From the NCBI RefSeq assembly GCF_009834535.1, contig NC_045696.1:53322001-53386000 (forward strand): a stretch of DNA of 64,000 bases, in the 5' to 3' direction. The DNA comes from Camelus ferus (taxonomy: Eukaryota). Position numbers and translations under genes: made by a program. Under the pieces are notes generated by a model, which was given only the letters and a program-made list of their open reading frames with translations, had not been told where the DNA came from and made no database searches. Shown here one piece after another: positions 1 through 13,500 of this stretch (positions within the stretch are counted from its first letter, which is position 1; each line of letters starts with the position of its first letter).

Positions 1-2349
1 TAAAACATACCTCCTTCTGCTACTATCCAGCCCAGTGACAATACAAAGATGGGAGAAGAGGAAACGCGGATAAGTGTGGGTATCGGGACATTATGTAATA
101 AGTCATAAAATTCATTTTCCATGCCATATTTTAATACAATGGAATGTCTTAGTTATGTAAATTCCATTGAAAGTTTACAGATAAGTGCATATTCACATAA
201 GCAGTGGATTATACATGATGAGACCCACTTCAGGAAATAATAATTTGAGACTATTAACCAAATGATTCAATTAGGAGAAAGTTCATAAAAATCACTGTAG
301 AAGAGCTTCTAAAATACCTCAACTGCAGATCCATTCAATGGTTTATTTTTTTCTGAACTTAACAGCTAGAATATCACTAACAGAGTTCAGCTGAAAACAG
401 TATTATCAGGATCTGCTAGAACTCTTCCCACCTTTCCTTTTAACCTTTAAGCTGGAACCACTTAACACCAACATTTACATTTAACACTGGCCAGGGAACA
501 TTCCAAGGAATCTGAGCTAACAGAATAGTTGGTCTTGCTTCACCTTCATACCCAAATTCTGAAATTAAGTGATTATTCTGTCCCTCCCAGTCATACATCC
601 CGGATCCTTTCTAAGACCATCCTTGGATCAAAATCCAAAGCAGACATGCCTAGGATCAAATACCTGGATGCAACCTGCAGACTTTGCTGACGCTACCTGC
701 CTCTCAGCCCGTATCCTATTGTAACCGCCTTTTCAGAAACACATTGACCAGGAGCTCTAGCCATTCCAGGCATAGCTGTCTCCACTCCTGTCTGAGCCAC
801 AGTTCTGCTAATTATCAAATATCTTGCTATGAGTTAGCCTTTGTTGGGTTGATAGAATCATAGCTCCCGTGGCTCTTCCTTGGCAATGAAGGTGCTTAAA
901 CATTTCCTTGTACCTAGATCACAGAATGATAAAATAAAATGTTAGCGCTCAGAGGGCTTGAAAAGATCCTACAAGTTTAAAGCTGAATTGAGCATTTCAT
1001 GGGCATGCATAATTTTACAGTGGTTGCCTTAGGGTCTGCCAGAGGAAATATATCTAGTATCCATGCATTCTCCAAGGAAATGGAGCCCTGTAGACACTGA
1101 GGGCACCATCAATGGTCTTGTAATTCTGTAAGGGAAGATGGGGAAAGAAAGCCACAGACTTCTAAGGCTTCAGGAAAAGTGCTCTGTGTATGTGTGTCTG
1201 TGTAATATTTCTTGAGGAAGAGAGGATTCAGAAGACTGAGTAAATGCACATAAGACTTACATCTAAATGTGACTAATTTCTCAGCATTCCACTGTGGATG
1301 TTGTTGGTTTCTCATGTAATAATATATAACTGGCTTCTATATTAATTCAAATAAGTAGCTGACTCTACTAGCTATTGATTTTATAAAATGAAATACACTG
1401 TATAAAGATAACTTGGGTTCAGCACAGATTTGTTTTCCACATGTATATGTGCATGTAGATTCTGAATTTTAAGATCTGAGTAACAGCTGCAATGAGAAAA
1501 CAAGCAAATTCATATAGTCTGCTTTGCATTTTCTTTTAAGATAATTCTTGTTTTGAAAAAAAAATAAGTATTCCTTCTGATTAGGACTTACTATATGAAA
1601 ATATATTTTTAAATTTTATTTCCATAGAAAGTCAGTTTCTTATGATTATAGACCTAATCAATTAGGCCTTTATGTAACCTCACAGCAACATCATCAAATT
1701 GCCAAACATGATCACTAGGTCTGACTACTCGATATTACTTTTTAGAGTTAATGCTGAAAACTGTAATTTTATAATGAGATAAAAGCAGATTTCACTCATT
1801 TAATTAATCTCTGTGTAATTAAATGGAAAAATTGGTTATATTTTATTAAAAAGTAATTCTTTTCAACATTTTCCCTGAAAAGTAAATTACCAGAATTTTC
1901 TTTGACAAATACGAATCTTTTGTGAAATCACTGGAGACTTCATGAAATCAAAGTCTTTTCAAGTTCAGAAAAGACAATGAGTATCCTGCTGAGATTACTC
2001 CAAATATTCATAATGGACAACACTTACAGGTTTAAGGAATAAAGCAGATAATCCCAAACCATGTAAAGTGGTAACTAAATCATTCAGAAAAGCCCAATCT
2101 AGCAATTTAAAAACATAATTCACCCAGTACACTACAAGACAATAAAATGAAATGTTCCTGTACCAAGTACAATCATCAAAGAGATGGTCAAGTTGCAAAC
2201 TGGATGGGTTTTTTTAAAAGACCAATTTTATATATATGTTGCATGGATTTTTAGATAAGCTTTACAACTACTGGGCCCAATGATCTTGTTCCAAAGTTAA
2301 TATAAATAAATAATAAATAAACCCTGAAAACACAATCTAAAAAAATTTT

Positions 2350-2795
2350 TATATCAGTTTACGTTCTTCGTTGAAAGCAACAGAAAATTTCCACTAGGGG
2401 TAACATAAGGGGGAAAGAAAAATAGAACTGACTGGCTTCACAAGATAAGACAGAGAATTAAAAAAAAAAAAAGTTGAACACCCAGGCCTCAAGGAAAGTA
2501 AAATACTAAGGAAGCTTCAGAGAATGTGCAGGCAGAAACCCATGGAGGGTCTCCTTAGGTCTCTCCAGGATGCATGAGTTCCAATCACTTCCCATCCTGC
2601 TCCATACTCCTGCGCTGCCAGCATACTCCATATTCAAAACGCTGAGAAGAGTTGTTGGGTCCAGTCCCCCTAATCAAGACTGAGAAGGCTCCATGTTTCA
2701 CAGCCTAAATAGCAACAGGTGGAATGCAGGGGTGACAATTCCCCAAAGAGAAAGCTAGCCGTTTTTACAAGAATGAAGAAAAATGGATGCTGGCA
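2350..2795 (-). mobile_element. Ancient MaLR LTR (MLT1J/K/L-like), degraded
   Basis: Starts 'atatcagtttacgttcttcgttgaaagcaacagaaaatttccact', resembling the reverse-complement 3' end of old MLT1 LTRs; boundaries approximate. Confidence 0.5.
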
Positions 2796-3849
2796 GGCCA
2801 AATCCCTTCATTCGGTGTGGGTCTGCATTCAGTTGTAGGTATTTGCTGGACTCCAGCAGGGAGCTCATGTGTGAGGATATATGACTATAGGAGGGTTGTT
2901 GGATGATAAGGGTCTAGATGCCTTAAGAATAAGACACTAATCTCAATCACAAGGATACACAAAAGAAACGGCACAGAAGCCTAAGATCGTCCCCACATTT
3001 GGAAGGAAAGTCAGCCTCGTTATGCCAAGTTACATCTGATGGGAGAATAAAAAAAATGAAGCCCATTAGTTATGCTCAGTGCTAGAATACAATAATAAAT
3101 TCACCAGCTGGAATGCTTTTTTAAACTCTGACAAGAGTGATGTATTAGATGAAAGACATTCTGTCTTTATGCAGACTTGTTTCTATACAAAAATGTTGAC
3201 TGAATAAAAGTTCCTACTATGAAATAAAAATGTGAGGCGTTCACATATTATATTTTAATGATAGGTGCTATGGCTTCGGTATAATTTTAAAACTAGTAAT
3301 ATGTTCAAATATAAAGCTAAGAATTGTTAATAAAACAAACAGGGATTTGAAAAATGTATTTGGTAATTATTCTTCCCCACCAGAGAGTACTTCTGTAGTT
3401 ATGTAGGATGTAAAGAAGTAAATAGTCCAGTTATAGACTTTGGATTATGTTCAAATATCTGCCCATCTGCCTTTGATATCTTACCATGTATAAAATTTCT
3501 TTTGCCATACTAAAGAAAATTTAGCTTCCATGAAAGAAATTTTGGTTTATTTGAGCCTTTCAATGGTAGTTACTATAAAATATCACATTTCAAGTTATAT
3601 TTTAAAATTTTTGAGAACAGAGACTATGATACATAATACTTTCGAGTTTAGTAGTTCTCTTCTTTGCTAAAGTACATTTACATTATGTATAAAATACATT
3701 TTAATTAGTTAATTAATTAATCCATCAATTATTGTGTAAAGAACATTTCCCCTTGAACTAATGGGTCCTAAAAGAATATAATTTTTGGTATGATATAAAC
3801 ACAAAGAATCAAGAGGCTAAAGCTTTTCTAATGGCAAAAATAATAAAGA

Positions 3850-3995
3850 GACCTCTTGGGGAGTGATGGAAATGTTAGCTATCTTGACTGTGGTGGTGGT
3901 TTCATAGGTGTATACATCTATCAAAATTCAGCAAATTGTATATCTGAAATATGTGTGGTTTACTGTATAGGAATTATACCACAATAAAGGTATTA
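3850..3995 (+). mobile_element. 5'-truncated L1 (L1ME/L1MD-like 3' end) with 14-bp target-site duplication
   Basis: 'gtgatggaaatgttagctatcttgactgtggtggtggtttcataggtgtatac...ttataccacaataaagg' is an L1M-type 3' UTR; flanked by AAAAATAATAAAGA at 3836-3849 and 3996-4009. Confidence 0.8.
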
Positions 3996-4327
3996 AAAAA
4001 TAATAAAGATATATAGTTTTGGCCTCTCTTCAACACAGCACCATGGGATCACCCTGTGTCAGACCAATCATATCGTCTTGGTAATACAGAACAGGTGTCA
4101 GAGGTCGACCTAGCTCTAAGTACCTACATTGTATAAACACTACATAGCTATGCTCTTAAGCAGCTTTGGGGTGGGACTTGAACACTTAGGCCTTAGGAAA
4201 GTAAAACACTAGGGAATAGAACTTGGAGGCAGGAATTCAATGAGAGTCTCCTTAGATTCAGTCCTTAGGATGGTGAGTTCTAAGACAATATCCTGCAGAA
4301 TAAACCTGCAGTTTACTTGAAGTAAAC

Positions 4328-4815
4328 TTTTTCTTAATTGAAGTATAGTTGATTTACAATGTTGTATTAGTTTCTGGTATATAGTATAGTGATTCAGTTA
4401 TATATGTATTATATATTCTTTTTCATATTCTTTTTCATTATAGGTTATTACAAACTATTGAATATAATTCCCTGTCCCATACAGTAGGACCCTGGTGGGG
4501 GGGGAATATTACTCAGCCATAAAAAATGAAATAATGCCATTTGCAGCAACATGGATGGACCTAGATATTATCATACTAAGTGAAGTAACATAGACAGAGA
4601 AAGACAAATATCATACAGTATCACTTACATGTGGAATCTTAAAAAAAAATGACACAAATGAACTTATTTACAAAACAGAAATGGACTCATGGACATAGAA
4701 AACAAACGTTTGGTTTTCAAAGGGGAAAAGGGGAGGGGACGGATAAATTAGGAGTTTGGGATTAGCAGATACAAACTACTTAGTACAAAATAGATAAACA
4801 ACAAGGTCCTACTGT
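4328..4815 (-). mobile_element. Young cetartiodactyl-type L1 3' fragment with 5' inversion (3' end on - strand ~4328-4491; inverted part on + strand ~4502-4815)
   Basis: Both segments match the same L1 3' UTR seen at 17339-17762 and 60770-61233; TSD GTAAACTTTTT at 4322-4332 and 4817-4827. Confidence 0.9.
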
Positions 4816-7084
4816 GGTAAACTTTTTTTTCATTGTTGTTTTTCTAATGAAGTGGGCCAAGACAGACTGGATTTCCTTGAGGTCAGAATCTCACTTCTGT
4901 GAAAAGCATCTCTTTCTACAACTTGTCAACTTTTCATGAAGGTGAAGACTAGGATTGACAAGCAATGAGAATCAGTGTATTTTTCCAGCAATAGTTTTTG
5001 ACACTGACTACTCAGACTATTTATCACTGTGTCTTTAAATGGCCATTCATATTTATCTGCACATAGAATTGTCATTCAATATCTTCCTACATATGTTTTT
5101 ACATAAATGAATAAAAAGTTTTAAGAAAACATGGAGGAAAGCTTCAAAGGATCAAAGAAATCCAGGCATATAATCTCCAAGAAGGTTTGGATGAAGTACC
5201 TGAGAAGCAATGCATTTCCTCATTTATTAATTTAGAAAAACATTTATTGATACATAGCTACTTGGTGTTAAGGGCTAGAAGTTCAGAAATGGTAGATCGA
5301 TTCTGTGCTTATAAGGTTTACCCTCCCTGCTTGGCCTTAATAATGGTGGTTGGGATTAGGGAATAATTCTAGGTACCAAAGTCAAATACCTATTTGCTTT
5401 GTCATATCATAATATATTTTGAATCTTTCTTATCAATTACACCACACCTTGTCTCCTTGAGTCATTGCCTAGCCCATCACAAAAATAAGAATGTGGGGGA
5501 GGGGTGGATTGATTTGATCTGCCAGACTTTGGGAATAAGGCAGCTGGCACATCTTGTACCTGAAACAATTACTCCTATGTCTTACCTAACATTTCCAACT
5601 GGCACATTAGATGTTAACAACCTGTTCACTAGCAACTGATTAGATTAAGAGTAAGATAATTGTATCCTTTCATTATTAGAATCAAAGGTAAGGGCATAGC
5701 CCAATAAAATCCTGTATTTCTTGAATATGTGTATCTGAGGACTTAAACTAGAGAAATCAAAACCACTGGCATCTTCAATATAGTGCCATTGATCTATTTC
5801 CCAAGCTGGACATGGGGTATAAGTGTGCTAAATACATCATAAATCACAAAAAGAGAAATCAGACAACCATCCATTACAAAGACATTAAGATTTAACTATA
5901 TCTTATGTCTATGTATCCATTTTATTTCCTCACTTTCTATCAAATCTATTTCTTTCTGACATAAGTTTCTTCATCTCTGAACACGGTATTTCTTTCCCTT
6001 TTTTTTTTTTTTTTACAATTATCCCTTTTCTTACCTTTCCTGTTATTTCATATGAAACCCTACTGCTTACAAGCTAGAGTAATTACTCTCTGTTTCTCTT
6101 ATCTTTGTTTCCTCACACATTCCTTCCAGGCTTAATGACTGTGACTATATGCCATCTCAGAATATGCTGGTCTGTAAGTACAAATGCACATTCTCTTAAC
6201 CTAAGGACATGAGTGGCATGTGAGTGAGTGGGAGCAAAATTGCTTTTGGTAAATGCAGGTGGGTGGAAAATATTAAGTTGCTTGATAGCTTCATTTAAAT
6301 GCTGTAATAATATTTCTCATTTAATTGATAGTGTGAGAAGAGCACTGGTAAAGGCTCAGAGGGATGCCTACAGTGTTCTTCTGCAGTTGTGCACAGAGGA
6401 GGTGGAGAACCTCTCCTGACAAGTTAAAACCATGCTAATACACAGCAAAACAGAACTGAAGGCAACTTTACACTCATAACTCCAAAAGAGGTGATTGCCA
6501 AGAGTGGGCAGGAATCATGTTGACTCTTCTGTAAGCCCCTCAAAAACTCTTTTGTTAATACTTATGTAGCTCACTCGTATCTCAGAGGACATGTATATTT
6601 TTAAATACAGAAAAAAATGGAGTGGAAATTATAACAAATCTCTGTAACTGACAGTGATTATCTAGATTCTAGTCAAAGTAAGAGACCAACTAGAGGGAAA
6701 TTAATTTAGGTTTGTTCAATAAAACATGCTCAAAGTTAGGTAAACAGTATTTAGCCTGGTTCTGAATGTACTTTATAAGCTTCCTGTAAAAGATGAATAG
6801 TTTAGAGAAGGTGGCTCTAGTCAAATAGGCTTCTTAGCACTCAAATCTAAAGGAAAAACAATGCCTACGATCATGTTGGACACTTTTAATAGGATTTACT
6901 ACCTGTGAGTATTGCACAGTAAAGGAACCATTAGTGACTGAATGCCTCATCAAGACAGGTCAGTACTTCTATTAATTGTGGGGTTGTTTTTCAGAGAAGT
7001 AGCAAAAGCTTTGGTCATCACAAACAGAAGTCAGAACATTAAAAATGGGATTATTCCTAGAAAACCAATTGTATTTTCAAGACT

Positions 7085-7206
7085 TATGTAATATATATGT
7101 ATAATTGTATGTATGTGTGTATATACACACATATATGCATTCATATATCCATGTTATATGTGTACACATGTAGGTAAATATGTTTATGTGTATATCTCTA
7201 TATATG
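7085..7206. repeat. Degenerate (TA/TG/CA)n low-complexity tract
   Basis: 'atatatatgtataattgtatgtatgtgtgtatatacacacatatatgcat...'. Confidence 0.7.
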
Positions 7207-8062
7207 ATTTAATTGAAAAAAATCATCCAAGGTTGGCCACAAATCTTCCCTAAATTTCAAAAACAGATAGTATTTTAAAAGATGAAACATAAATTCATGG
7301 CCAACTAGAATTTTACCTCATCAGAAAAGAATGCTTATTTTTTTGATAAACCTAGGTAGCTATAAGATCAACAAAAACCATTCTAGAACTCGATATAAAG
7401 TAATATGTGCTAACGGAAGTACATAGGTAGTGTTTAAGGACAAATTCAAGAACAAAGCTTAAGATCTAATGTGTAAAATTTAGCCTGAAGTTTTGAAGAA
7501 GAAATAATTTTACGAAGTCTTTAACACTGAAGGAAATTCACAGCTTTTCCATGAGCGTAAAGAAGATAGCTAGGAAAAAGAAGATAGATCCTATGATATG
7601 AAGGTTTTCACTTAGAGGTTGTGAGGAATACAATAATAAAGACAGAGCCTTGCCTACGAAGACCTTACAACCTACAGGTTGAGGCAGACAGATGCAGTAA
7701 ATAATTTTAATAAAGCTCTGGATGTGATACACACAGAGCAGTTGGAAGAAAAATATTATTTACAACACTGGCTGCAATTTGAACCACAAGGATAGAGGCA
7801 CTCATTCCAAGGAGAAAATTACTCTCACCTTCTGGCAAATATTTTTCTGGAACTCTCTGGTTGTATTCCCTCTCCCACCCTGGTAAGTCTATCAAAAGAA
7901 GGGAGATCAAGAAGTAATGACATACAGGGACATGGGCTTGCCCTCTAGCAGCTCTACAATGACCAAGAGTTTTATGGAGCAGCACAGGGATCTAGAGAAA
8001 ATGATGAGGGAAAGGTCACAGGAGGAACTTAAAGGTAGTCTGGGATCTTAGGGGAAATAGAT

Positions 8063-8428
8063 TGTTATGGGTTGAACTGTGTCCACCCAAAATCCACAGG
8101 TTGAAGTTCCAAACCACGTACCTCAGAATGTAATTATTTTTGGAGATTAGGGCGTTTAAAGAAGTGATTATATTTAAATGAGGCTTTTAGAGTGGGTCCC
8201 TAACCAATATGATTGGAGTCCTTATATAAGAAGAGAAAAAGACACCAGGGGCTGGTGCACACAGAGAAATGACAAGGTGAAGAGAGAGCAGGAAGGCAGC
8301 CATGTGCAAGCCAAGAAGAGAGGCCTCAGCACCTTGCTCATAGATTCCCAGCCTCCAGAACCATAAAATAAACTTTAAGACACCTAGCCTATGGTATTTT
8401 GTTATGGTAGCTCTACCGAACTAGTACA
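8063..8428 (+). mobile_element. MaLR solo LTR (MLT1B-like)
   Basis: TG...CA ends ('tgttatgggttgaactgtgtcc' ... 'gttatggtagctctaccgaactagtaca'); internal 'gcaagccaagaagagaggcctcag'; near-perfect 5-bp TSD tagat/tagaa. Confidence 0.88.
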
Positions 8429-8719
8429 TAGAATTAGTGAAGTGAGGATGAAAAAAGAAAATTAAAATGAAAAAAAAAAGTAACTTTAAATGTTTTTATT
8501 ATGTCCTATATTCCATGCCTCTTTATTATAATCTAGCCTTTTAAAAAACTCTATTTACATAAAGCTTTTGCACTTGTAGTACATTTTGGGGAATAGAAGA
8601 GTTGCTTGAGGAAACACAGGGCAGAGAGAGCCATCAGCTAAAATGAGGGAGTCTACAAATACACAATGAAGAAATCAACAAGAGCAGGAATTTAGTATGA
8701 AAGCCATCAGAAGGCCAGG

Positions 8720-11700
8720 AGGATTCTGGGAAGAAAGTGGAATAGGAAGCATCAGAAATCTGTCTTCTCCACCCAGACAACAATTGCCCAGGCAGAATCT
8801 AGCTGATGTAACTCTTTTGGAACTCTGGAGTCTATTGAAGGCTTGCAACTTCCAGAAGAAGGCTTGGAAATGAACTGTGGTTAATTTTGGTCAATTTCAG
8901 CTCTTAACACAGTAGCAGCTACCCATTCTCCACCTCTCAGGCTTGACAGGCAGCTGTGTGTGTGTTGCTGGAACAGCCTGCACCCAGCTTGCGGAAGCCA
9001 GGGTGAGGAAAAAGCACCCTGTGCTCCAAAGGTCACAGATCTGTGCTCTGATTGCTTCACAACACAGATGTGAAGAGAAAGAGGATGAGGCCACTGTTCT
9101 TCCGCCTCCTCCCATTATTGCAAACTCCTCCTCCGGCTGGAGTAAATTTGAGAGGATTTTAAAAGTGGACTCATTTATCTAATTTTTTTCCTCTTTTTGG
9201 AGCAAGGCATTGAAGACTAAAATATTTAAGTGCAACCACATATATGAGGGACATTAGAAAATCACTGCATATGCTTGAGGAAGACACAGGCTCAGAAAAG
9301 ACATCAGAACAACGTAAGTTTATCCCTCAGATTCATCCCCTCAATATCACAGAGAAACTCTATAATAATAATAAAAATTCTCCAATCAAAAGGCAGACCA
9401 GCAGAATGGGTTAAAAAGATGACCCAAATATATGCTATCTATAAAAGATTCACTTTAAATCAAAAGATACAAATTGGTTGAAAGTAAAAGGGTGGAAAGT
9501 GATACTCCATGCAAATAGTAAAGAAAGGCCAACAGAGGTGGCTACACTAACATGAAACAAAATAGATTCCAAATCAAAAAAGGTTCCAAGACAAAAAGAG
9601 GGTATTATATATTAATAAAAGTTTCAAAAGAGCAAAAAGATACAATAAACATTTACAAACCTAATAACAGACTTTCAAAATATATGAAGCAAAAATTAAC
9701 AGAAACAAAGAAAAATAAAAACTTCTGCAATAATAGTTGGAGACTTCAATATCGCACTTTCATTACTGTATACAAAAACCATACAGAAGATTAGTAACGA
9801 AGAAGAGGACATAATAAAACAAATCAAATAGATCTAATAGACATATACAGAACACTTTACCCACCAACAAATACATACTCAGAAAAGGCATTTGACAAAA
9901 CATAATTTTTCGTGATAAGAATATTTAACAATTATGAATAGGAAAGTACCTACATAATATAGCCACATATGAAAAACCTACCACAAACACCATATTTCAT
10001 GATGAAAGACTGAAAACTTTTCCTCTAAAATGAGGAAGAATGCAAGGATACACGCTTTAGCCACCTTTACTCAACACAGTACTGGAAGTTGTAGCCAGAG
10101 CACTTAGATAAGAGAAATAGACAAAATAAGCATCCAAAATAGAAAGACATAAAATTCTGTTTGATAATGATATGATCTTATATGCAGAAAATCCTAAAGA
10201 TTTCACCCCCCCAAAAAAATTAGAACTAATAAATGAATTCAGCAAAGTAGAAAGATAAAAATTAATGCATTTCTCTTCACTAATGAACAACCCAAAAAGA
10301 AAATTAAGAATACAATTAAGAATACAATTTACAAGAGCATCAGAAAGAATAAAATGCTTAAAAATATCTTAACAAAGAAGGTGAAAGACTTGAACAATGA
10401 AAAACACAAAACATTTCTGAAACAAATTAAAGAAGGTGAAAGACTTGAACAATGAAAAACACAAAACATTTCTGAAACAAATTAAAGAAGATAAAAATAA
10501 ATGGAAAGACATTTCATGTTCAGGGACTGGAAGACTTAATGTTGTTAACATGTCAATACTATCCAAAGCAATCTGCAGATTTTATGCAATCCCTATCAAA
10601 ATCCCAATGACATTATTTGCAAATATAGAAAAACCCACTCAAAAATTCAGATGGAATCTCAAGGGACCCTGAGTAGATCTTTCTCTCAAAAAATAATCCT
10701 GAAAAAGATGAACAAAACTAGAGAATTCACATTTCCTGATTTCAAAACTTGCTACAAAGATACAGTAATCAAAACAGTGTGGTACTGGCAAACAGACAGA
10801 CATACAGCTCAATGAAATAGAGGGTCCAGAAACAAATCTTTACATATAAATCAAACGATTTTGACAAGGATGCAAAGCTATTCAATGGGAAAACAAACAA
10901 ACAAACAAAACTGTCTTTAAAAAAGGGTGCTGAGAAAACTGGATATCCACATGTGAATGAATAGAGGTGGACACTTACCTAACACCATATATAAAAATTA
11001 AGTCAAAATGGATCCATGACCTAAATGTAAGATCTAAAACTATAAAACTCTTCAAAGAAAGAGTAAAAGCTTCACATCAGATTTGGTAATGATTTCTTAG
11101 ATATGACAACAAAGGCCTACATAAAAGAAAAAATAGACAAATTGAACTTCATAATTGTTTAAATTCATACATCAAAAAGTACTATCAATAGACTAAAAAT
11201 GCAACCCACACAATGGGATAAAATATTTACAAATCATATATTTGATAAGGGATTAATATCTAAAATATATAGAGCACTCCTAAAACTTGACAACAACAAA
11301 GATATATGACCCAGTTCAGAAATGGGCAAAGGGCATGAATAGACAATACTCCAAAGAAGGTATACAAATGAACAATAAGCGTATGACATGATGCTGAAGA
11401 TCTCTAGTCATTATGGAAATGTAAATCAAAGCCACAATGAGTCACTTACCTCACGCTCTCAAAAGAACAGAAAATAACAAGTGTTAGTGAGGATGTTGGG
11501 AAATTAGAACCCTTGCACACTGTTGGTAGGAATGTAAAATGCTACATCTGCTTTGGAAAACAGAATGGCAACTTATTTAAAAATTAAAAATAGAATTACC
11601 ATATGATTTAGGTATATACCCCCCAAAGTTGAAAGCAAAGCCTTGAAGAGATGTTTGTTTACTCATATGCATAGCAGCATTATTCATAATAGCTAAATTG

Positions 11701-12133
11701 TGGAAGCAACCCAAATGTCCACTGATAGATAAATGAATAAGCAGAAGGTGATACATACATATAATGGAATATTATTCAGTCTTTAAAAAGGGAGTTCTGA
11801 CATATCCTAAAAACATAGATGAAACTTGAGGATATTATGCTAGGTGAAATAAGCCAGTCACCAAAAGACAAATGCTATATGATTCCACTTATATTAGGCA
11901 CTTAGAGTAGTCAAAATCATTGAGACAGAACACAGAAGGCTGTTGCCAAGAGCTGGGGGAGGAGGAGTTTAGAGTTTCAGTTTTACAAGACAAAAAGAGT
12001 TCCAAATATGGATGATGGTGACAGCTCCACAATATAAATGTACTTTAATATGACTGAACTGTAGACTTAGTGTGGTTAAGAAAGTAAATTTTATGTTACA
12101 TGTACTTTACTATAATAAAATATTGGGAAAAAA
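8720..12133 (+). mobile_element. Old L1 (L1MB-like) with 5' UTR, ORF2 remnants and 3' UTR; large internal deletions
   Basis: L1M-type 5' UTR ('ggattctgggaag...gaactctggagtctattgaaggcttgcaacttcc'); endonuclease-domain sequence from ~9376; ORF 10436-10672 gives ORF2-like [13 protein letters not shown]...AIPIKIP; L1MB-type 3' end and A tail at ~12115-12133. Confidence 0.9.
10374..10490 (+). repeat. Perfect 55-bp tandem duplication within the L1
   Basis: aaagaaggtgaaagacttgaacaatgaaaaacacaaaacatttctgaaacaaatt twice (starts 10374 and 10429), followed by a third AAAGAAG at 10484. Confidence 0.97.
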
Positions 12134-13403
12134 GTTACCAGAAACATATAATTTCCCCAATTCTCCCCATGTTTTCTCCAGGTAACACTCTAGATATTTT
12201 CAGAAATGTTGAGGATGCCTTCTGAATTTCTTCCGCTAAAAGGAATTTGTGTTGAACAATTCTGAATATTGTAGAAAAAGGGATTCTTATAAACTGGATA
12301 AACATCACCTAGATTATCACACACTCTAAAACAGGATTGTATAATCAATATTGAGGTCTTGTGGAGTAGTTGACTTTGAATTGGTTTCTCATATGTTAAA
12401 GATGATGAAGAAGAACATTCTAGATGGAGTAGGCCAACATGTTCAAAGACAGTATCTGCAAACCTCTTAAGAATCCCAGAGTGTGGTGACACAAAACAAG
12501 AGAGAAGACTCACATTTTATTATAGTGACCTTTTCAGGATCCTCCACTTAATGTCTAGTTCAATGTTTTATCTTTAATGTTGTATATGAAAGAAAGTGTC
12601 ATCTATATAGTATTCAAATTATATGATAAGATTGGTCAGCAGTAAAGAGATTGGACTGTGGAATTCACTTATGATCACTTTAAAATAAATGGTTGATGCC
12701 TTGTAGGACAATGAAAATTTCTCTATTCTGCTGACGATAGCAATAGTTTCCTAGTCATTTTCAATAAACTATATTAAGTTGTAATAAAGTAAGAAGCTAG
12801 TCTTGTATTGCATTCAAGAGAAGAACTTATTCTTTGTATGGAGGGATTTGATTTTCATGAAAAGCTTTTAGGAAACTGGTAGGCATTTGTCATTCCATGG
12901 GTATAATGCCACTTGGCACCTGGTATCTACCTTCTAAGAGTCTTAATAAGCTTGACAGTTAAGCACACTTTTTTCGAGGTGAATTGAGATAGGAGGATGT
13001 TAAGTGTCTGACCCCATGTCACCAAAGAAGTCACCATAGAGATAAAAACAAAACTCTGCTCATCTAATCTTAAGCTAATAGATTTCTGGTCATATTTTGA
13101 TCTATTATCCCTGGATTATACAAAACTTTCTCAAAAAAAAAAACAAAAACAAAAATACAACAAGAGAGGATGACCAGAAAATTCTTGTTGTTGGCAATCA
13201 CTTTTTACTTTTCAAAGCCACTATACTATTAACATTTCATTTACTGATGCATTTTTGGTGTCACCCAAACTACAATCAGCCTACAAATTTCTCCACAGGC
13301 TTTGCAACTGATGTAGACTTGAGTACTGGGAGGTCACAAGTTGAGCTCTTCTATGACTGCTATCAGTGGAAGTTCTAAGAACCAGGAAGTGGTGATGTCT
13401 ATA

Positions 13404-13500
13404 CAATCATCCCTTGGTATCCATGGGGAATTGGTTCCAGGACCCCTCTCGGATACCAAATCCTTGGACGCTCAAGTCCGTTATATAAGATTGTGTTGTG
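13404..13500 (+). mobile_element. MER2 (TcMar-Tigger) left-end fragment
   Basis: TA then 'caatcatcccttggtatccatggggaattggttccaggacccc...gataccaaatcc..gctcaagtcc.ttatataa'; homologous to 62430-62520. Confidence 0.85.

Noticed and set aside
9275..10672. Cluster of Lys-rich + strand ORFs
   Set aside because: Frameshifted pieces of L1 ORF2
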